Positions 57,897 to 64,000 of a DNA stretch of 64,000 nucleotides are shown one piece after another; position 1 is the stretch's first letter; each line of letters begins with the position of its first letter. A program made the translations under genes and the position numbers. Below the pieces are notes generated by a model that ran no database searches, was not told where the DNA came from, and saw only the letters and a program-made list of their open reading frames with translations. Source of the stretch: an uncultured Alphaproteobacteria bacterium (lineage in GTDB: Bacteria > Pseudomonadota > Alphaproteobacteria > Sphingomonadales > Sphingomonadaceae); assembly GCA_963750615.1 (NCBI GenBank), contig CAVVRK010000006.1:132017-196016 (forward strand). The letters run 5' to 3'.

Positions 57897-58402
57897 TTAG
57901 CTAAGCGCCTCGGCGATGTGGACGCGGCCGATATCCAACGCTGATGATAGGTCAGCAATCGTGCGGGCCACACGAAATATGCGGGTGTACCCACGCGCAG
58001 ACAGCCGCATGGCCCCTGCCGCTTGCGCCAGCAACTTTTGCCCAGCGGCATCGGGCGTTGCAAACGCCGCAAGCGCGTCGCCATAAACGTCAGCATTTGT
58101 GCGCAAACGCGTGTCGGCAAGGCGAAAGCTTTGCAGGTTACGCGCCGCACGCACCCGCGCGGCCACTTCTGCTGATCCTTCTTTAGGAAGATCGGCGGGA
58201 GAGAGATTGATCGTGATTCTTTTGGGTGGCAGTGCAAGGCCAAGAGCGGAGATGGAGGCCCGAACGCGTTCGCGGCTTTCAGCAACAGCCTTATCGGGGA
58301 GACCTACAACGGCGAAGACAACCATTCCTGGAGCGACCTGGCACTGAACTTCTACGATGCGGGCTTCAGGCCGAGATAGGCGACCGTGGAAACTATCGAC
58401 AC
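57897..58402 (-). pseudogene. comM: comM/yifB (Mg-chelatase-like ATPase) remnant
   Basis: The N-terminal segment ...[45 protein letters not shown] is joined directly to the C-terminal segment [12 protein letters not shown]...[19 protein letters not shown]...HIAEALS. The whole AAA+ core (~330 aa) is missing. There is also a 1-nt frameshift near 58360-58372, after [12 protein letters not shown]. Confidence 0.7.
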
Positions 58403-58647
58403 TATATTATAACTCCATATGATACCTACAAGCCCTCGCCATATCGGGATGTGACACAGCGCAGGCTCGGCCGACAAGTCCAGAGATCGACGAGCTCTTC
58501 ATGCATCGAGATTATTACCAAACGCAACTTCCGGCGTTTCGTATACCAAAGGTTAGTATATCCGATTTGGATTAAATATAGTTTTGAAGGATATACGAAA
58601 ACCAGCAGACAGGCATGTCCTGCGGGAGACAGGCGCGCGAGACAGTC

Positions 58648-59319
58648 TTAGAAATCAACCTGCTCATAATGCTTGGGCGGCGTGATTACTTCCATCCGCT
58701 CCGATAGCAAGGGCCGGAAGCTCGGGCGGGATTTGAACATGGCATACCATGCCTTGGTTTGTTCATGACCATTCCAGTCGATACCGCCAAGATAATCGGC
58801 GACCGAAATTTGTGCAGCAGCAGCAAGATCAGCCATTGTCATCGTAGAACCCGCCAACCAAGCACGATGGTCAATAAGATAATCGATATAATCCAGATGT
58901 CCGTTTGCCAGCTTCATCGCCTCGCGCAGCACTTTGGATTCGGGCGGCTGCCGGTCGACAAGTCGTTTTTTCATGCGTTCGTGCAAAAGTGGCTGAGTCA
59001 CGTCGCCATAGAATTGTTCGTCAAACCATGAAACGAGCCGCCGAATTTCCGCGCGATATTGGGCGGTTCCGCTGATCATGGGATTGGTCGAAACCGTCTC
59101 GTCAATATATTCTGAAATAGCCACCGAATCCGCCAAGGTGATGTTACGATCGGGATCACGCATCACAGGCGTGCGTCCCGCTGGGTTCATCTGCAGAAAC
59201 TCGTCACGCTGCTCCCACGGATTTTCACGCACCAGGCTGTAGGGCACACCTTTTTCGCCAAGCAACAAACGCACCTTACGCGAAAACGGACAGAGCGGAT
59301 ATTGATGGAGATGCCACAT
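58648..59319 (-). CDS. glutathione S-transferase family protein
   Basis: 223 aa with an N-terminal thioredoxin-like fold (LHQYPLCPFSRKVRLLLGEKGVPY) and a C-terminal GST helical domain. Confidence 0.85.
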   Translation of the reverse strand: MWHLHQYPLCPFSRKVRLLLGEKGVPYSLVRENPWEQRDEFLQMNPAGRTPVMRDPDRNITLADSVAISEYIDETVSTNPMISGTAQYRAEIRRLVSWFDEQFYGDVTQPLLHERMKKRLVDRQPPESKVLREAMKLANGHLDYIDYLIDHRAWLAGSTMTMADLAAAAQISVADYLGGIDWNGHEQTKAWYAMFKSRPSFRPLLSERMEVITPPKHYEQVDF

Positions 59320-59380
59320 CGGTGTCTGTTAGGACCGGTTACACATAAATGGAAGAGGCTGAACCGCAAAAGCGGCACCA

Positions 59381-59566
59381 TTAATCAGATTTAGCTTTCG
59401 CGCCGGGCTCACGCTTGGCCTCCTTGGCGATATCCGAGTCAATTTGCGCTTCGGCGTCTTTCACCTTCTGCTCCGTCTCGGCATATTGGGCATCAAAATC
59501 CTTCTGACACCCGGTCACAACCAGAAAAGGTGACATCAGGGGAAACAACCAAAAGGCGCGGCGCAT
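59381..59566 (-). CDS. small lipoprotein
   Basis: MRRAFWLFPLMSPFLVVTGC contains a lipobox. Immediately downstream of tamB. Confidence 0.55.
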   Translation of the reverse strand: MRRAFWLFPLMSPFLVVTGCQKDFDAQYAETEQKVKDAEAQIDSDIAKEAKREPGAKAKSD

Positions 59567-62500
59567 TAATAATCCTTTTTATACCGGACATTTATGTTCG
59601 AGGTGCCACCGCTACCGATTTGGCTGAGTACCGATAGCGCTGGTGTCAGACTGATTTCCAGCTGCGTCGCTGTATAGCCGCGCGCGTCGGTAACAATTTC
59701 GACATAGACATCATTCGTAATGTATTGGCCAAAGGCAACCGCCATTTCACGTCCGGTTTTTTCATCGGCACCCAATAGACGCAAACGATTAAGACCCGTT
59801 GCAGACTGCAGGACACCAAGCGGGTTGAGTCCGCCCGCACCGCCACGCAAACTGTTCAACGAGCCGGCAAGCTGGACTGCCTGGATCGCCGAAAGTTCGC
59901 CAATAGAGTTTCCAAACAGGATCCGCGCCATGATTTCATCTTGAGGCAATGCCGGTGTTGAGCTGAAACTAATGTCAGGGTTTTGCCCTGTTCCACGAAT
60001 ATTGACGCGTACCGTCGTTCCATCGACTTCGCTTGCTGCCGCAACCCGAATGGATGGATTGGTTGCTGGTCCGCCATTGAAGGATATGCGTCCACTTTCC
60101 AGTTCAAATGACCGACCAGCAAAGCCGAGCGTGCCGCGCACAAGTTCCATTTCACCCGAAATCAGCGGTGCGTCGCTTGTACCTGTGATCCGCAATTTTG
60201 CGCCCCATTCTGATTCCAGCCCCATGCCGCTGACATATAGCTCGTCCGGCGCCTCGAGCCGGATATCGAGCTTCCAATGGCTTGGAAGACTGGAGATAGC
60301 ATCCGCATCGCCAGAAACGCGGGCACGACCAGTGGGCGGCTTGCGCCGGATGCCGGTCAACGTGGCAACCTTCGCAGCACCTTGGCGGATGATCTTGAAT
60401 CGCGTCTCGGGCAGACGCAACGTGCCAGTGATGAGTGCAGCGCCCTCGGCAGTGTTAGTAACGCTAATTTGACCCGTTGCAGTTGTCGAAATCAATTCGC
60501 TTCGGGCGACACGTGCGCGGTCGAGATCAAGATTAAGCTGTACGGGGAAACCCTTGGCTGCGCTTAGGTTGACGAACCCTTTGCCAGTGATCGTGCCATC
60601 ACCTGCTTGCGCACTAAGTTCGGTAACTTCCAGCTGGTCGTTGGTGAACAGGCCGCGCACGCGCAGCTTGGTTAGCCGCGTGCCATAAACGTCATTTTCA
60701 TAAACAAGATCATTGGCCCGGACGACGCCAGTCAAGCGGGGTGTCTGGACGCGGCCCGAAAAATCGGCCGCAACGCCGATATTGCCCGTCAGGCTCTGGT
60801 CCGCCAATGCAGCCAGCGAAAACAGCGTATCGGCCGGGCCATTATACCGGATGCCGCCGGATAAAGGCGCGGCGAGCAAACGCTCGGTCCAACTGGCATT
60901 TCCGGGCGGCAAGGGAGTCAAATCGATCTGAAGCCTGCCTACTGCAGCGCCGCGTCTACGGATGATGGCGCGCGCATTGCCCCCAGTCGGCAAAAGCCTT
61001 CCGACCAGACTGATATCCACAGGTTGCGATCGCGATCCCAAATTGGACCGGGCAAAACGCGTAATCTCGAGCCGCGCATCTGCCTGCGGAAATGCCGCCA
61101 GGGACGCTTGCAACCAATCAAAACTTCCGGACGCGCGCCCGCTCAGGCCAAGACCGGGCAAGAAGGGATTAAGCACAGCAATGTCGACCTTGTCGAGGCG
61201 CGACTGTACATTGATGACCTTCCCGTACGATCCCGCCAGCCGCACATTGCCGTCTGCTACGTTGATCTTGGATGGAAGAATATCATAGCTGTTGCGGCGC
61301 GGGATGACGCGGACTGGTCCATCCGTGGAAAAATCTATTCCGTTGGCGCGCCCCTTGGCGGCAATGCGCCAAAGCTGCGGCGTGAAGTCGGCATTGCCTG
61401 CAATTCGGAAAGGTACCTGGCTTCTGCCTTCGGCCAATATTTGCGCGGTGCCTTTTCCTGCGCGGTAATTGACCTTTGCTCTGGCGGCAGCAAGCGTCAT
61501 GTCCCGCACCTGCGCATTTTCCACCTGAACATCAGCGACGATTTGCGGGCTGTCATATAATATGATGTCGGCATTGATTATACCGCGGCCAATCGCCAGC
61601 TTTTCAGCGCCCGAAAGCGAGGCATTGAGCGCAACGGCGTCGACTACCACACGTTGATACGTCCCTTGCGCCGACAAGGCTATTGTCCCGTCGAATCCGG
61701 AACCTGCACCAGTTAATGCGCCAACAAACGGGCCAGACGCAGCCTGGCGAATACGTCCAGTGACGCCGATGCCAGCGAAATCCCCACGCAGGATATCAAT
61801 CGTCAGCGGGCCATTGCCGGACAGCACGTCCACATCACCGCTAATTGGTCCGTAAGCCGTCGAACCCGTGATCGCGATGGCAAAGCCCCGCTGGCTTCGG
61901 GTAACGACACCGACGACATTGGACATGCCAACGCCAAGGCCGGGATTCGCTGCGGTGATACGATAAGTGGGCCGGTCAAATGTGCCTGTCATGGCAACCG
62001 ATACGGGGCCATATTGGTTGGAATAGCCGCGTCCGTTGAAGATCACGCGGCCGCCTTCGGTTGCATAAGTGCCGCTGCCGCTGTTCAACCGGAACAAGGG
62101 CGATACGACAGTGGCGCGGGTGATCTGCAATATGCCGTTGGTGCCGTAGCGGATCCCGGCATTGACGAACATCTGTCCGCCCAAGAAATTCTGGACGCCC
62201 GCACTGAACAAACGTGTGGAGCGTGCCTTGACCGTGCCTACCAGCGCATATCCCCGTCCCAATGTGGTTTCCAGATCGACATCGGCTACAATGTTAAAGA
62301 GGCCGACCGAGCTGACCTCAAACCCGTCGACCTTGCCATCGAGCGCGCCTGTGTAAAAACCCTTGTCGATATCGCCGACGAGCAAGGCAGTTGCATTCAC
62401 CCGGTCAGAGCGGATTTTGAGGTTATCCGAAAGCAGCCGCCCATTGGCGATGGCAAGGTCACCATTTAAGCGCACATTGGTCAGAAGACCACCGGCAATC

Positions 62501-63729
62501 TGGTTGATTCCAGTGACTCGCCGCGCACGCGCATTGACCGGAATGACGAAACGATCAGCTCTCGTCTGCGCTTCGCCGGTGATGGTCACGTCCTCAAATG
62601 TCGTGGCATCAAAGGCAAGCCGACTTGCACTGGCCGAATAAGCAATGACCGGGGCAGCGAAGCTGTCATTCAGCAATGCTTTGCCCTGAATATTTGATCC
62701 GCTGACATTCGCGCCGATGATGGCCGGCCTGAAGATTCGAAAGTTCAATGCCAGATCTTTGAAGCTTCCTTCGCCCAGATCGGCAACGCCATTGGCATCG
62801 AGCGCAACTGCGTCCGAACGAACAGTCCCTTTTATCCGGGCATTGCGCTCGGCGAGAGTTGCCGCGACATCCAGTGTCGTAACGGGTGACAGTGCCCGCG
62901 TCAGCAAGCTGTCCGCCATCAATTTGGCGGGTGCAGCTGTACCTTTGACCGTAAATGTCCCTTCCCGCGCGGTAAGCGCAAGATTGGCAATATTGTCAGA
63001 TGCCAGCTGGGCGGTCAGATTGCCGTCCCATTTGCGCCAACTTCCCCGACCGCTCAGATTTGCTTTAATTGGTGCAGAGCGGCCCACCAATCCTGCGACC
63101 AGACCTTTGGCCGGTGCATCAAGTTTTAAATCGACATCGAAGCGATCATCGTCGGGCACGGCATCAAGTTTCAAGACAATGCGATCACCACGCAGACTGC
63201 CAGCGGTGGCATCTATGACGGCGCGCCTGTCGGCAATGAGTACCTTGCCGGATAATGACGCTATCTGCTCCTGACCCGTAATCGGTTTGGCGAAGACAAT
63301 CCTGTCCACTTGCAACCGCTCGATGCTGATATCGAGATCGGGCAGCAACGGCTCCCCGCGGTCAGGTACCACTCGGAATGCTGGCAAACGCGCCACATTC
63401 AAGGTGGGCGCGGTCAGTGCCTTGATATCCACGCCGCTTTTCAGATATGCAAATGGGTTCCAATCCAGACGGATTTCGGGTGCGCGAGCAAAGTCGCCTT
63501 TTGGATCACGGAAACGGACATCGCGCAGGATAGCTTCGCCGTAGATGGATCCCTCAATCTGGCCAATGCGGATATTCAGACCATTCTCCATCTCGATTGC
63601 GCCGATCTGCCGCGCCACGAAATTCCTGCCGGATTGGGTATCAAGCCAGATGTAGCTGCCCACCAACAACGCTAACAACAGCGCCGACAAGGTAGCAGCC
63701 CCTATGGCAACGCGCCGCCAGACCATCAA
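59566..63729 (-). CDS. tamB: translocation and assembly module protein TamB (DUF490)
   Basis: 1387 aa with an N-terminal anchor helix, a long beta-rich body and a C-terminal DUF490-like segment (GQYITNDVYVEIVTDARGYTATQLEISLTPALSVLSQ). The ATG at 63726 is probably the true start. Confidence 0.9.
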   Translation of the reverse strand: MMVWRRVAIGAATLSALLLALLVGSYIWLDTQSGRNFVARQIGAIEMENGLNIRIGQIEGSIYGEAILRDVRFRDPKGDFARAPEIRLDWNPFAYLKSGVDIKALTAPTLNVARLPAFRVVPDRGEPLLPDLDISIERLQVDRIVFAKPITGQEQIASLSGKVLIADRRAVIDATAGSLRGDRIVLKLDAVPDDDRFDVDLKLDAPAKGLVAGLVGRSAPIKANLSGRGSWRKWDGNLTAQLASDNIANLALTAREGTFTVKGTAAPAKLMADSLLTRALSPVTTLDVAATLAERNARIKGTVRSDAVALDANGVADLGEGSFKDLALNFRIFRPAIIGANVSGSNIQGKALLNDSFAAPVIAYSASASRLAFDATTFEDVTITGEAQTRADRFVIPVNARARRVTGINQIAGGLLTNVRLNGDLAIANGRLLSDNLKIRSDRVNATALLVGDIDKGFYTGALDGKVDGFEVSSVGLFNIVADVDLETTLGRGYALVGTVKARSTRLFSAGVQNFLGGQMFVNAGIRYGTNGILQITRATVVSPLFRLNSGSGTYATEGGRVIFNGRGYSNQYGPVSVAMTGTFDRPTYRITAANPGLGVGMSNVVGVVTRSQRGFAIAITGSTAYGPISGDVDVLSGNGPLTIDILRGDFAGIGVTGRIRQAASGPFVGALTGAGSGFDGTIALSAQGTYQRVVVDAVALNASLSGAEKLAIGRGIINADIILYDSPQIVADVQVENAQVRDMTLAAARAKVNYRAGKGTAQILAEGRSQVPFRIAGNADFTPQLWRIAAKGRANGIDFSTDGPVRVIPRRNSYDILPSKINVADGNVRLAGSYGKVINVQSRLDKVDIAVLNPFLPGLGLSGRASGSFDWLQASLAAFPQADARLEITRFARSNLGSRSQPVDISLVGRLLPTGGNARAIIRRRGAAVGRLQIDLTPLPPGNASWTERLLAAPLSGGIRYNGPADTLFSLAALADQSLTGNIGVAADFSGRVQTPRLTGVVRANDLVYENDVYGTRLTKLRVRGLFTNDQLEVTELSAQAGDGTITGKGFVNLSAAKGFPVQLNLDLDRARVARSELISTTATGQISVTNTAEGAALITGTLRLPETRFKIIRQGAAKVATLTGIRRKPPTGRARVSGDADAISSLPSHWKLDIRLEAPDELYVSGMGLESEWGAKLRITGTSDAPLISGEMELVRGTLGFAGRSFELESGRISFNGGPATNPSIRVAAASEVDGTTVRVNIRGTGQNPDISFSSTPALPQDEIMARILFGNSIGELSAIQAVQLAGSLNSLRGGAGGLNPLGVLQSATGLNRLRLLGADEKTGREMAVAFGQYITNDVYVEIVTDARGYTATQLEISLTPALSVLSQIGSGGTSNINVRYKKDY

Positions 63730-64000
63730 AACGCCTGTCCAATGGACACATAGACGCTGACCTTTGCCTCACCTGGCCTGCGGTTCAATGGCGTCGCCAA
63801 GTCAAGTCGGACTGGGCCAAAATTGGTATAAAAACGCCCGCCAACACCTACGCCCACGCGCAAGTCGTCAAATTTGGGAATGCTCGATTCATATGCCTGC
63901 CCAGCGTCAACGAAACCGGCGACACCGAAATTGCCGAAGCGATAGCGCCCCTCAAGCGCGAACTCATTCAGGCTTCGACCCCCAATTGGGTCGTTGCTGA
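63726..64000 (-). CDS. tamA: TamA/BamA-family outer membrane protein, 3' end only
   Basis: The reverse frame ends ...LATPLNRRPGEAKVSVYVSIGQAF*, with the C-terminal Phe typical of Omp85 barrels. Its stop overlaps the tamB ATG (TGATG). Confidence 0.8.
   Translation of the reverse strand, partial: SNDPIGGRSLNEFALEGRYRFGNFGVAGFVDAGQAYESSIPKFDDLRVGVGVGGRFYTNFGPVRLDLATPLNRRPGEAKVSVYVSIGQAF

Noticed and set aside
58099-58651. Plus-strand ORFs 58099..58347 and 58226..58651
   Set aside because: They are antisense to the comM remnant or lie in the adjacent intergenic DNA, with Arg-rich composition typical of spurious high-GC ORFs.

Overview
High-GC alphaproteobacterial DNA, probably Sphingomonadales: the protein at 1333-2532 aligns almost end to end with my memory of Sphingomonas serine palmitoyltransferase. 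The window has three parts. (1) Nt 1-11580 is core chromosome: spt-ACP-SDR sphingolipid genes, proB, obg, tRNA-Ala, aroA, cmk, rpsA, ihfB and tRNA-Leu(UAA). (2) Nt 11581-57845 is a ~46 kb genomic island in the 3' end of tRNA-Leu, bounded by a perfect 60-bp direct repeat. (3) Nt 57846-64000 is core again: a decayed comM, GST, tamB and the tamA 3' end. The island is modular. It carries a P4-type integrase with Arc-like and HTH regulators, and a CHC2-primase-finger plus RepA-like ATPase module. Next come two 3'-5' exonucleases and a type I R-M operon with an extra half-size hsdS, an embedded Abi_2 gene and an M48/DUF45 peptidase. It also holds a 1246-aa MobA/MobL-like relaxase next to a five-copy iteron array. 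Its last ~10 kb encodes ion and oxidative-stress genes (nhaA, sodB, mscS, SLC13, K+ channel). The most interesting part is 34.8-46.1 kb. Co-oriented structured repeats of fixed length classes (61-63 nt and 88 nt) begin A(T/A)GTCCGC and end CACGACAACATTGCGGAC. Each one delimits a single small ORF. This looks like an integron cassette array, but there is no IntI and no canonical attC consensus. One site is split precisely by an IS1111-type IS110-family element, one unit carries a perfect 230-bp tandem duplication, and a short 210-aa tyrosine recombinase lies in the last unit. All repeat alignments were done by eye. No database searches were run.
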